This document shows, piece by piece, positions 1 through 12,200 of a DNA stretch of 64,000 nucleotides. The notes below the pieces were generated by a model. It was given only the letters and a program-made list of their open reading frames with translations. It ran no database searches and was not told where the DNA came from. Numbering within the stretch: position 1 is the stretch's first letter; every line of letters starts with the position of its first letter. A program made the translations under genes and the position numbers. The DNA comes from Ptychomitrium polyphyllum (taxonomy: Eukaryota). The DNA lies in assembly GCA_973851085.1 (NCBI GenBank), contig OZ316775.1:6944001-7008000 (forward strand), given 5' to 3'.

Positions 1-685
1 TTCCGGAAGGAATGCTGCACTTACAAAAAGCATCGAGGTGGGCAATATAGCGATCGAGTGATACCATGCCTGAGTGTCACAGGGGTATGACGTAAGTATG
101 ATGTGGATGTAAATCCAGTATCACATGAGTATCTGTGAGGTATCGGTCTAGAACGGGATTTTGAAAACTCGGCGATAGAGAGAGAGATAGAGCCTGTGGA
201 TACAACAAACTCTGCCATCGCTGCCGCTGTGCGTGTGCATCTTCATCGCCATGCATTTTCTCGTTCGTGATTGTGTGTTCGTGTGGGATATGCCCTTCTC
301 TGCAGTGTTGGAGGTTTGTGGAGTAAGAAATTGCTGTTCGTTGCAGCTCAGGAGGAGGTAGGGATGCATTGTAAATCCGGGCACTAAGGTCGCCAGGTGA
401 CAGATCGATCGGGAGAGGAAGCAGCGTTGACGAGGATTTCGTTTTTCAGGCTGTTTTGATAGGAATATTTTTACGTGCGCGATGCGGTTGAGTTGGCGGG
501 ATGGAGGAGTGGAGAGTTTTAGAGTTCATTGTCTCTGCAAAGCAATTTTATTTGCTCGTTGTTTCGACGCAGTTAGAATGCGCTTAGGGATTAGGGGTAT
601 CGTCGTTTCCTGGCGCACATTGCATAATCCCATGGTGTTAAGTTCGGACTGAACCAGAGGAGGAGATCGAGACAGGGCAGCACAG

Positions 686-3600
686 ATGGCGACGAAGGAG
701 CAGGACGAGTAGTCGAAGCGCTTGCGGGAGCTTTTGAGCAGTCTCTATGGCTCCGACTCCTTCGAATCCGAGTCGCGTCTCGGCCGCCGTGAGAAATTGC
801 AGGTAATTAACCTAAGGAATTTCTATCTGATCTCTACATTTTATCTCTGGTGAGTTCTCAATTTGAGGTTCACTGCGTTCCTCTGTAACTTTTACTCATT
901 GTGAGCAGAGCAGATTCATTTGGATATAGGAGCTGTTAATCATGTGACGCATTCCGGAGTCAAAAGAGGAGATTCCCGCAATAGGCCAAAGCAGTAGTCG
1001 GATTTTCCGCAATTCGCCTTTGGACCTGTGGAAAGAATAGATATCAGTGTTCCGGAGATGCAAAACACTATAAGATTTATACTGGAACAGAATACTGGCG
1101 TTTCAGTTATGTCGTTCACTTCTCTGTCCATTCTGACCTGTGACCTAGACGCAATTTCTCATTGGTCTTGTATTCACAGCTTCGCAAGGCACCTTTGGAT
1201 CGCTTCCTGTAACGGCATCTGGAAATGGCAGCTGAGATCAAAAACTTGGATAGTAATATGCAAATGTTGGTTTATGAAAACTACAACAAATTCATAAGCG
1301 CAACTGATACGATTCGACGGTAGGTTTGATTCTTTCATGCTTGGCAATATTTGTGCTGGTTCTAATAATGGTGTTTACAGTCCACGCTGCCAAATATCAT
1401 CGCTTGCTGTTCATCTGGCCTGATCATGCTACGCTTGAGTTTTTGACATGTTACTTGTCTGCTATTGCAGTATGAAGGAAAATGTATCTGGCATGGAGTC
1501 TAATATGGACCAACTTCTCAAGATGGTAAATCATAAGCCACCTTCTATGTGTTTATATAAGTCAATTGTGTGCATCTTTGGACGCTTATTTGTTGTTAGA
1601 AGATGAGGGCAAGCTTGTGATAGGTCTTGCGCGCCTGGGCCAGTTTAGAAATCTCCAAATTGTAATACGATCTCTACAAGCTTCACGGCTCCTTTCGTAA
1701 CCCGAAGGTGTATTGTGGAGAGGTTAGGTCAAATGTGATGAAGGCAACAAGAGAGCGCTCGCTCATCACATTCATAACATCTCAAAGCATTAGGTCATGC
1801 TGACCTGGAACTGATATGCATCGCAAGAATGATACCTTTACATGTGCTGCATAAGAGAAAGTTGTAGTGATCATTGAAAGTTCAATCTTAACGGTTGTAC
1901 TCTGACTGAATAGGTCACTGTTGTGAGGGGGAAAAGTGATAATATCAATGCTTCCTTGTGTGAACGTCGTGAACGGATTGAGGAACTCAATGGTACTCGA
2001 AGTCTGCTTCGGAAAGTTCAGGTGAATTTCAGTTTTTGAGCGAAGAAAGGAGATATACCTGTCGTTTTGTATAGACATAGGATTACAAACATGATAACAG
2101 CCTAGTGCTTAGGCACTATGCTTGAAGAAAACTCTGTTCTGTGGTTTATGATATTGGCAAGTCCTAACTTACGTGAAAGGAGCTTATTATGGCCAGCCTT
2201 TTGTAACTTGGATTGAGCAATGTAGCTGGTTCAAGTAGGCAATACTCGGCGTATGCTCAATTTAAGTACCATATAGTTTTTGTTGGGAGTTAGGATAGGA
2301 TTTTCCGTTTTGCCCCTGTATTAGGTATCATGATGTGAGAATGTGATACAATATTATTGAACTAATTCACCTTTTCCTATTTGAGGGGACTGGTAGTGTT
2401 CAACTATGTGCTGTGGCAGACCTTTGTTTAAGAAATTAGTATCTTGAATGTGCAGTCCATTTTTGACCTGCCACAGCGCCTTCGGAAATGCATGAGTGCT
2501 GAGAATTATGTTGGAGCTGTGAAATATTATCAAGGTGCTCTTCCGATCTTGAAGGTAATTTTTCTCATATGCTGTAAGCAAGATCTTTATGCCGGATGCA
2601 ACGTGATGTTCCTCTGGTGCTGTAAATTGTCATGTCATGCTCCGTCTGATTTGTTTAGTGTTGCGTGTTTCTATATGTTTTCTTTATCCGGTGCTGTAAA
2701 CTGTGACAAGAGTAGGCATACGGTCAAGCATCTTTCCGGAAATGCAAGGAAGAATCGGATGCAATTATAAGCACCCTTGTCAAACGCCTACAAGTACGGA
2801 CGACCTCTACTCTACTCACATTGTAGTACTGTTCACCTCTTACCCTGTCTGTCTAGTACGAAGTTAAAGCTGCCCAGGGTTGCATCCTCTTCTTTGAACT
2901 CAAGCCCTTAAGGAAGGTTTACATTTCCTTGAACCTAATTTTGCTGATTTTCATGGTTTTCTATCTTGAGTGATGTCTTGCGGTGATTGCAAGTAATCTT
3001 GATCTGTCCTCAGGATCAGGTGATGAATCCTTCAGTCCTGCTTCCAGCTCGAGCTCAAGCAGTTTCACTTCTCCAGCAACTCAACCATCTGGTCTGAGCC
3101 TCATGCTCCCCTCAAACGTATTCTGCCTGAATTTCTTAGTTTTCGTTTTTCTCAGTTACAGTGTATCGATTCGCTCCTCTTATAGTCCATAAAAATGTGG
3201 CATGCTCATTTGTGACAGTGGACACACAATCTACTCAAGGCAAGGAAAACTGCTCACGTGCACTAGTTGTCAATCACTGTTTTTGGTGAACACATTTCTG
3301 TCACATCATGGGGAGGACGGAGTCAAACCGAAGTTGGATCTAACTAACCGGCTTGTTTCTCGACAAGGTCTTAAGGTGTTGGAGACTTCAGCTTCACGAA
3401 CAGAGTTGCATGCGGGAGTTGAGAAGGTATAATGCCCTTCAATTATAGACTCACATGCAATATCTTCATATGTTGGTATCTTAAAACTAACATTATATTA
3501 ATCACTGTCTGCAAACTGTTCATATGTTCTTGCTTTTACATCTCTTCTATTTGTACCAGGACTTCATACAAGAATTTTTAGACAAAGCAGCCACGTTCCG

Positions 3601-6600
3601 GGATCTTTTTCCAGATGGCGAAGAGCGTGTTTTACAGGCTTCAACTGGATTCTTTGATGAGTACGGTTGTGGAAGTCTCTGTCTGTCTTCTTATACCAGT
3701 ATATTAATGATGTTGATATGATTTTATCATATCACGAAATCCTTGTGTTTCAATGCTAGCCCATCTTCTTTTATCTTCTTTCACGATCACCATTTTAGGT
3801 TCTTAACCTACTGGTTTCATCAGCATCCATAACTTTGCTGATGATACTTTTTTTTGGTTGGTCTTTTTGTAGATACTTCAAGACTGTTCAGCTTTCACTG
3901 CAGCCAGAGAGTGGAAACATGACGGCAGCAGAGCTTAATGCTTGTTTCCGTGAGTTTGTATTTTGGTTTAACTTTTTCTTCATGCGTTGGACCCTGCTTC
4001 TCAAGATGCTGCATATCTTTTCAGCCAATACGTTGGAGATTGTTCCAAATATAAGTGTATTTTTCGGTTATGCTGCACGTATCTCCTGTAACCGATAGCT
4101 ACCGGATGCCTGGCTTTCACAATGCGAAGTAGTAAAGAATGTGTAAAGAATGTCCTCATCTGTGACAAGTTTGATTGGTATTGTGCACGTAGAGCAACTA
4201 GCAAAGGATGTATCAAGGATGAATCAATTGATTCCAGAGTCAAATCTTCCAGCACGTGCTTCTCAGGTAGCCCTTAGCATCCTGCAACTTAAAGGAGTTC
4301 CCTAAATGTCTTAGAACCTGATAGTACTTTAGTCGTGTTTCTATTGCTATGTTTATTCATCATTGTGATTATAGTCGACTAATCATTCGGTTCCAGTCTG
4401 ACGAATAGCTCAAACAACAATTTGGATCATCTTCTTTCAAGCGATGGTTTCCTGGTCTTTTGAAACTATCGAACTACTTACTTCTGGTTGTCCAACTTTT
4501 AGGCCATGGAGAATGCTGTGCGAAAACATGTGACAAAGCAGTTTCAGGGCCTTTATAATCGCATTAGAGGTATGGCTAATCAATCTATGTCGTCAACAAA
4601 TTGTTTTATATACTGTTGCACCTTGCCTTTACAAGTTTCCCTAGGTAGTACCTCAAATTTGTAGCATCTTGGGTATATTTTTTCAAAACAGTTTTCTATC
4701 TATACTTCTGACATGAGATGAATCTTCACAATTCTAGCAAATTCATGGGCGATGATCCATACTCATCAACAATCACCTTAGACGATACCACCTAAAGAAT
4801 CATGACAAGGTTGGTTACTTGTCAGAGTTCTATGGGTGATTTCACTCCTTGTCTGCATGTCTGCTGGGGCACGATTGTTTTCTCGGCTGGTTTCTGTATG
4901 TACTCAATTTGTTAGGATAGTACCGCTCGGAAGTTACTAGTATCTCCAACTACCATCGAAATTGCTGACATTATAGTATTTTGTGGTTGTGACTGTAGCC
5001 TCTCTGATCGTAGTGGACCTCTCAAGGAAACCGGATGCCAAACATCCTCCGAAGACTCTCAAATATTTCCTTGAGATTGCACAAAAGACAATTATAGATG
5101 GCAGCCTCGAAGTCTTGCAGGTATGAAACTCTTCGTCATTTTTTCAGATGTTGGGATGTGTAAATTTGGGACAAAGTGCCATCTTCAGAATTTCCTGTCT
5201 ATAAATTAGGGCACCTTGAGCTTGTAACTGGTCATAACAGGTTGGCTTCACATTTATATTTATATGTACTCATTAGTTGTTGATCGTAGTAATTGAAGAT
5301 GTTCATGACCTATAAAATATTCATTTTCTGGAGCTCTGATTATTTTTGTGACATCTTTTTAATTGTGATGTGTTTATTTTTCAGGACCTAAAGGATCTCC
5401 TGGACAACAGCAAATTATATTTACTTCGTTGGGCAGATGAATATATTGACCTTGTTCAGGGAGGTTTCCAAGAGCTTTTCACAAACCTTGTTGATCATTT
5501 TCTTTTCCTTTGTGTCCGATCGGCTGAACCTTCATCATCATCAGGGAAGTCACAATCTGCACTGGCAGTTACTCCAAGCTTGATTCTTTTGGTATCCCTT
5601 CTTTCAGTGTATCTCTATCAAACTGCTGTTCCCCAAATCACGGAGGTAAGCACAGGTCTCTGCAATATAACTATTTTGTGGCTTTTCCAGCATACCGCAC
5701 TGCACATAGCGGTGATTACGTTATGTCGTGAAGACATTTTTTGTACTTTTGCTGGACCAGCAATGACGAGCATCATATTTGGTTACTCTTTGCAGCTGGT
5801 GGGAACTTGGTTTCCTGGTGGGGGTGCCATGGGATCTGAGGGACGTCCAGCTTTCGTTCCTTCTGAGATTTGTCGCTTTTTCAATACCACTGGAGAAAGG
5901 CTCCTCCAACAGGTCTTTCTTTTTTTTCTAAGTGAATGTTACTTCTGTAGGAGCACAGAATTTTATCTGTCTCGGGTTTTACATAGATAAAATCAAATTA
6001 ATATTAATCCCTTGTACTTTTGAGTGAACTCTTTGTTCACTCACCTGGGTTTTGATGTGGTGGCAGTATGTGGACATACAAGCTCGCACGTTGTCTGTTA
6101 TAGTGCGGAAGGCTGTGGATACTCCCAACTGGTTGAAAGTGTGTACTTAGTTTGTCACACGAACATTCCTTTAAAAGTGGTTGTTATTACTTCGTTTGCT
6201 GGTTCTTTATTACGTTAATCAAAGGAGCTAGTAGATCCCTTGTATCTCTTGACGTATCTTTTGGTTGTAGGTAAATTAAGAAGCAATTTTTTTATGTTGT
6301 GGAGCTTGCAGTACGAGGAGCCTCGAGATGTCCGTAAGTTTGCAGACTTACTCCTGCAAGAGGTAGAACTTCCTTCTGTTTTTCGATTTGTTTGGCTTGC
6401 AGTGATTTCTAAAATATGACTGTAGTTTATAGTATTTCTGAAATACAGATGTAGTCTGAAATGCCCTCACATGCATGAGGAGATTTTCTATTACTGTAAT
6501 TAAGCAATCAAGCAGAAACCGAACTCCATACAGGCATCAAATTAAACTCAAATCCTTCTTGTGATCACGAGGTTAACATTGTTTTGAGAAACTCACAACT

Positions 6601-7870
6601 GCTGATGCAGTTTGTGCTGAAACTAAGGTAGCAAGACACTGTGTGCATGTAGTATTTGATGGGACTGCTAACTTTCACATTGAGAACATCGAGGATCTGA
6701 AAAGTTACCTTGAGTCTATCTAAAAGTATAATATTATATGTCGGTTGTAGGTAGAAAGGCTTCAAGCGGATGTACAGAAATTACTCCCTCCAGGGCTACC
6801 CCGTACCAACCGGCACTCGGATAGTTCTGGCAGCATTGGATCATCTCGAAGTGTATCTACAATAGAAGATGGTCTTCGTGTTGTGTCAAATCGTTCAAAT
6901 GCACGGAGCCAATTATTACAGAAGGATGTGGCAAGACTGTTTACAGAAAAGGTTGAGATCTTCACAAAACTGGAGTACAACCAGGTTAGTTTCCATGATC
7001 TGATTATGGATCTTCATTGACGTAGCAGCGATTCGGTTCTAATTTTTTCTTCGATAGCTTCAAAATTTATGGACTTCAAAATGACAGGGACTCGTACATA
7101 CCATAAGGTGTAACGAGACCGGAACCGCAGATGGATGACATCCTCTCATCTAAGTCGAAGCTACTGGCTCCTATTATTCAGTTCTAGCAACGTGGTCTTT
7201 TCTTACTACTGTTATAGGTGAACGAAGTTGTAACCATTGGTGATAGGTTTGTGGTTTTTGAAATACTTTAGAAGTAAGAGACTGCTGTGAAAGTGGCACA
7301 TGGTTGCAAATTTAACCTTTTCTTTTCGTATGCAGGCGTGGGTGATATCAACTGTGGTAAAAATGACGCTTAAAACTTTTGAAGAGTGTGTGCGACTTCA
7401 GACTTTCAATCGGAGCGGTTATCAACAGATACAACTAGATTGTCATTATCTAAGAGAGCCGCTGCAGAACCTGGTCGATAATGGGGCAGTAGGTGAAATT
7501 ATGTTAGATGAAGTAAGTGAAATCGTGTTAGATGAAGTAAGTGAACTGACTATAGTTAGACCTGCAATATTCACAATAAGTATACACAAAATCTGAATTT
7601 TAGTTAGTAATGTGCATAATCGAGGCAATTTAGAGGATGGTTTTCGTTGCCATCAATATTGAGTCTAATTTACACATCAAAAATATCTCGGAACAAAACG
7701 CAACAGAAATGATTAAGCTACTTATTTTTCACTTTTGGGTATTGCAGGTCTGTTCAGCAGCATCAGAGCGATGTCAGGACTCAGTACCCCTTGAGATGGC
7801 AGTTTTGGATAGACTTGTGCAGATGAAGATAGCCAAAATAGAGTCTGCGAAAGAAGGGCAACCTGCGTAA
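686..7870 (+). pseudogene. VPS51: VPS51 (GARP/EARP complex subunit, Vps51/Vps67 family); 5'-disrupted, either a pseudogene or an N-terminally truncated gene starting at ATG 1225
   Basis: Exons read by eye: 686-849, 1180-1319, 1471-1525, 1914-2021, 2456-2554, 2716-2793, 3014-3091, ~3286-3426, 3560-3660, 3873-3949, 4193-4266, 4503-4569, 4999-5120, 5385-5645, 5796-5912, 6067-6138, 6312-6362, 6751-6984, 7336-7512, 7748-7870. Translation includes [42 protein letters not shown] and ECVRLQTFNRSGYQQIQLDCHYL, which are typical of plant VPS51. Lesions: TAG 710-712, exon 1 is 164 nt (1-nt frameshift), TAA 1210-1212. Confidence 0.85.
7493..7545 (+). repeat. 24-nt tandem duplication across an exon/intron junction of VPS51
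   Basis: gtgaaattatgttagatgaagtaa followed by gtgaaatcgtgttagatgaagtaa. This gives GAA|GTAAGT donors at 7513 and 7537. Confidence 0.9.
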
Positions 7871-8512
7871 ATTGCTCTTATTAAATTTCAACATGCAGCA
7901 ACTTATTTGTGCTCTTCATTCTCATTCTTTATTGCTACCTGCTTCCAGGAGAAGTTATTTATTGCAGACTCCTTGCAGATTGTGGCCGAGTTTCGCCAGA
8001 ATGCTAGCCAGTCTGTTGGCATTTGTGTACAAAATTGAAGTCGTGAAATGTGTTGGCTAAATATTGTTACTGTTGATATCAGGTCAAAATTTGTGATGGA
8101 TCCCTTCCAGGGACGCCATGCATTCTCTAGTTTCAGCCTCCAAGTCGAGGCCACGTTCTGGATAGATATTCAAGCTACTCCGAGGCTGCTTACTGCAGAC
8201 GCGCAAAAAAGCAGCATAAACCCACTTCCTGGCGGTGTATACAACGTGTGCTGATTCACGTCTTACAAAGCATTTTGCACACCGTCATCTTCCATTTTCG
8301 AATTATCCTGATTCTCCGTCACGGTTCTGCTGGATTTCATACCATATGTTTCCATATCCACGTGTTGAATTAATGATTCACTTCTCACCTTGTCTCTACC
8401 CAGCAACTTCTTGCTAAATATAACTTATAACTTATCTATAGCAGAACTTTTAGCAACATTTCGACTGACAAGAAATTGGCCCTCGGAGGAACAAATGAAA
8501 TGGGCTGGCCGA

Positions 8513-9275
8513 CACGTGGGCGGCTGGGTGCATGCCAGCAAAGCATGCAAATCTTTGATAACGTCAGGCCACTTTCGAGTTGCCGTTACTACCTCAGTGT
8601 AAAAGTTTATCGAAGTCGCGTTTATCTCCCAAGGCATGCATGCTTTGAACTCGGACAGTCTACTAAATCTTTTTCTTTGTGATGATACCAGACCAAATCA
8701 GGGAAATGTGGAAACTTTCATGTCGTCACGGTGCTCATGAATGGTAAAAATTCTCATCAACAGACGCAAGCATGCACTGCGCCGTAATTCGGTTTCAGCT
8801 AGCCGGACCTTTCGTTGAAACTGAGCATCGACCAAGTCATAGCTCCTACGTCACAGCACAACCTCTCGTTCAAGAATGACGAGCGTAAGGACAACGACAA
8901 TTTCAGTACCATAAAGAATCTTCCACTCGCCGGTGACAGATGAGAGTGAGCACGTGGCAGCCCGGAAAGGGAGATGTCCAACGATCTACAGTTCCAGCAA
9001 TCTATTCATAAAAATTCTTGTTCAGAGAGCATTCTCGAGGTGGGCTTCGCTGAAGAGGGGCAAGACACACGTGTCAAAAGCCATGCCTCCCTCCTTCCTG
9101 CAGGCTCCTATCCGCCCCTCCGACATAAACAGGAGGGGCAAAAGCAAACCTGGAGTTCGAATAAAGGCGAGAGAATGTAAAAGACAACTCCATACACAAA
9201 CCCACGTGCAAGGGAACTGTCTGTTATCTACACGACATGTGCACCCTGTCTGCAACGACAGCCTCATTATATAAA
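8513..9275 (+). promoter_or_regulatory. Candidate ABA/ABI3-type promoter: G-box/ABRE and RY cluster with TATA box
   Basis: CACGTG at 8513, 8951 (CACGTGGC), 9068 (ACACGTGTC) and 9203. RY CATGCA at 8544, 8635 (CATGCATG) and 8771. TATATAAA at 9268-9275, followed by an ATG at 9342. Confidence 0.45.
8934..8953. other. miR156-like sequence (plus strand) or miR156 complementary site (minus strand)
   Basis: TGACAGATGAGAGTGAGCAC versus mature miR156 UGACAGAAGAGAGUGAGCAC: 19/20 identical, mismatch at position 8. No near-perfect partner arm is visible nearby. Confidence 0.6.
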
Positions 9276-12200
9276 AGGCTCTCGTACTATAACTTGGTTA
9301 AGGCCGCATCCTGACACTCCGATGGTGGTGTAATAAAGAGGATGGACAAATGGACATACCAGATAAAGGTGATAGGCGGCGCTAACTTGTCCCCTTTATT
9401 GGCCTCCTCATTGGCCAGGGCCTCGCTTTTCGCTCCGAGGCTCAGCATGGCTTGAGTGCGCAGGAGGCCCTCACCCACTTCTTTGTTCCATCTCCATCAA
9501 TCAGGATTGGTTGCATGGCACTCAGAATGGAGGTACTCAATGTGGACCGGACCAACGCTTTTGAGTTGCTTTTACCGGTTGCTGTAAGCTTTTACGGACA
9601 ATGTGAACTTCATGCATATAATTAGTATTTTACTAATGTTGTTGACTGAATTGAGTTTTTAAGAAAATATGATTGTAACAAAAAGATGTAGCTTGCCCAA
9701 AATATGACAGAAGATAGGTTTGATTTGGTGTGATTTTTTTATGAGGGGGAATCTTATATGGCATCTTAATAAAATACAATAGAAGTATTTGTACGCATTT
9801 GATAAGTTATTTTAGGATTTGATAGTAAAACAATGATGATTTTAAATAGTTCTTTGTTGTTGCAATTGCACTTTGTTGTATTGATTTATGTGGATTGATC
9901 TTTCACTTCTTTTGAGCGGAAAAATTTGCTTCCATATATAAATATCTTATAAAGAAATTATGTTTAGGTTCTTATGTTTGGCAATTTACATTAATTCTTT
10001 TTTTACAAGATCTTTATTATTGCTTAATATTAAATTCAATTTATATTGCAGTGATAAAATGCACAAGGATATAATTTTATTTAAAACACCTTAGCAACCT
10101 TTTAACATACAATGTGCAATTATTAAACAATAATTCATCAATATTTTTATAAATTACTTTTTTATTCCTGTCATTAACAATAAATGTCAGCAATCTTTTC
10201 ATTATGAAATAAGATGTTCCATAAACTATTTTTGAATAGTGTTACATGTAAAGTGGCTTATCAAGTGGCTTATTGTGATATTAAAGTATTATGTTATGTT
10301 TAATATAATTTTTAGTATGGTAAATCTTATAATTCTCAATATTTTCTTAAAACTAATGTGCAACTCAATTAGTACTAGTTTTGCCAAATTAAACAAAATA
10401 AAGTTATAAACTATTGTATAAAGGTGTTCAAAGTTTGTTTATAAATGCCATATCTACTCATATATGAATAATTATTATAATCACTAAAAGTAAAATCCAT
10501 ATACAAATTTATAATGATTTTTTTTAATCTATCATTGTTCAAATCATTTGGTAAAGATTCAAAACATTTTTTCTAGTTCAATCATTGTTTATAAATTTTA
10601 TGACCTTTCATATTACATCCAAATTGTAAAAGCCACATAAAATAATGCATATGTATTTTGTATAATATACAATTTGTATTTTATACAATATTTATAATTT
10701 GTGTAATATTTTAAAATAACTTAGTTTTTTTTATTCATTCAAAGATAATAATTTTACACTAAAAATATACACTTAAAAATTTTAGTGATTTTTTTTTTAA
10801 AAAAAGTTATGAAAGTATCAAATTCTAAAACGAATTAAAATGAATTAAAATGAAATAATTAAATTAGCCATCACATCTTCAATATAATGGCATTTATGTA
10901 CCTAATTGTATCTATTTAATCAATTAAATGTATGCACATCCAAATTTATACATAAAAAGATGTATAAACAGACATGGCTAGATTATAAGGATATGTAATA
11001 ATGATAATTTTTATACATCATCAATAAAATATATATACATGATTATAGCAATAATAAGCTTGGTTTATATTGTTTTTATTAATGAAGAGTAGAATTAAGC
11101 TAGAGATCTTGAATTGTATGTCATAAGATAAGGTAGTAAATTAAATGTAAGTTTTTTAAAAGCAAGTTCTTGTAGTTGGTGGCTAGATTTACATTGTGGA
11201 ACCTATTTTCATCATTAAAATACCCACCTTTAAACTACATCTTCAAATTAACATCAATTATATTGCACAAGATGTTATACCGCATTCTAATTGCATATTA
11301 AATTCAAAATTTGGCTAATTTAGCTTAGAACTTTTTAATTTTCCAAAAAATTATACTTGTAACCACGATTATTGGCATCTATGATCCAAAAGCATTTTTA
11401 TTCTTTTATAATATAACTGAGGCTTTTAAAAATGTAGCATTCAAAATTCTTTTTATTATATCATAGAAGTTATAATTACATTGACAACAAGTTCTTACAA
11501 TGAAAACATGTTATCATAAAAGAAAAAATTTATAAACTTATTGAAAAATAACAACCATAATAAAAACATGTTTTAATGTCATGCAAAATTAATTTTGTAT
11601 TTGAGTCATTTTCATGTAAAAGATTATTATACAATCATGATGGAACAAACTTTAATATCATGAATAGGTAAGTTGTACTATGCAATATATTCTTACAATT
11701 ATTAAAATGTTGGAAGCTAAAAACAACTAGAACTAGAGGATATATGAATATCAAACTTGAATCAATTTTATCCATTTTCTTTGAAATTCACTTAAAATTT
11801 GTTAATGCTTCTTTTTTCAATCAACATCTATACAACATGTCTTGGTATGTTTGTATATACCATTTAAGTATTTTCTTTATTTAAATTATAAAAATTTGCA
11901 TACTTGTATTTCAAAGTGCATTTAATATAATAAAAATGAATATGTGTTTAGTGGACATTTGTGTTTTTTGATGGAAAAAGAATATTCAACTTCATTGGTT
12001 CTTGTAATCAAATCAGAGGTTGCATTGCGATTTCTTTTTGAGTTTTTTGTGTTTGCTGCTGAAATATTTTATTATTTCATAATATCTGATTTTTTGTTGT
12101 TTTTGATTAAAAACCATGAGGTGGTTTCTTTTATTTCAATTAATGTGGCAATAATTTTGGTGTACTTTTCATTTAACCATAGCAAAAGCACTCACTTGTA

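Noticed and set aside
345..365. AGCTCAGGAGG, matching miR390 positions 2-12
   Set aside because: Only 11 contiguous bases match, 3' pairing is poor, there is no second site or tasiRNA motif nearby, and it is 8.6 kb from the miR156-like site. Compatible with chance.
8680..8824. Possible C/D box snoRNA (TGATGA...CTGA)
   Set aside because: No terminal stem and no rRNA-complementary guide of 10 nt or more that I could recognise.
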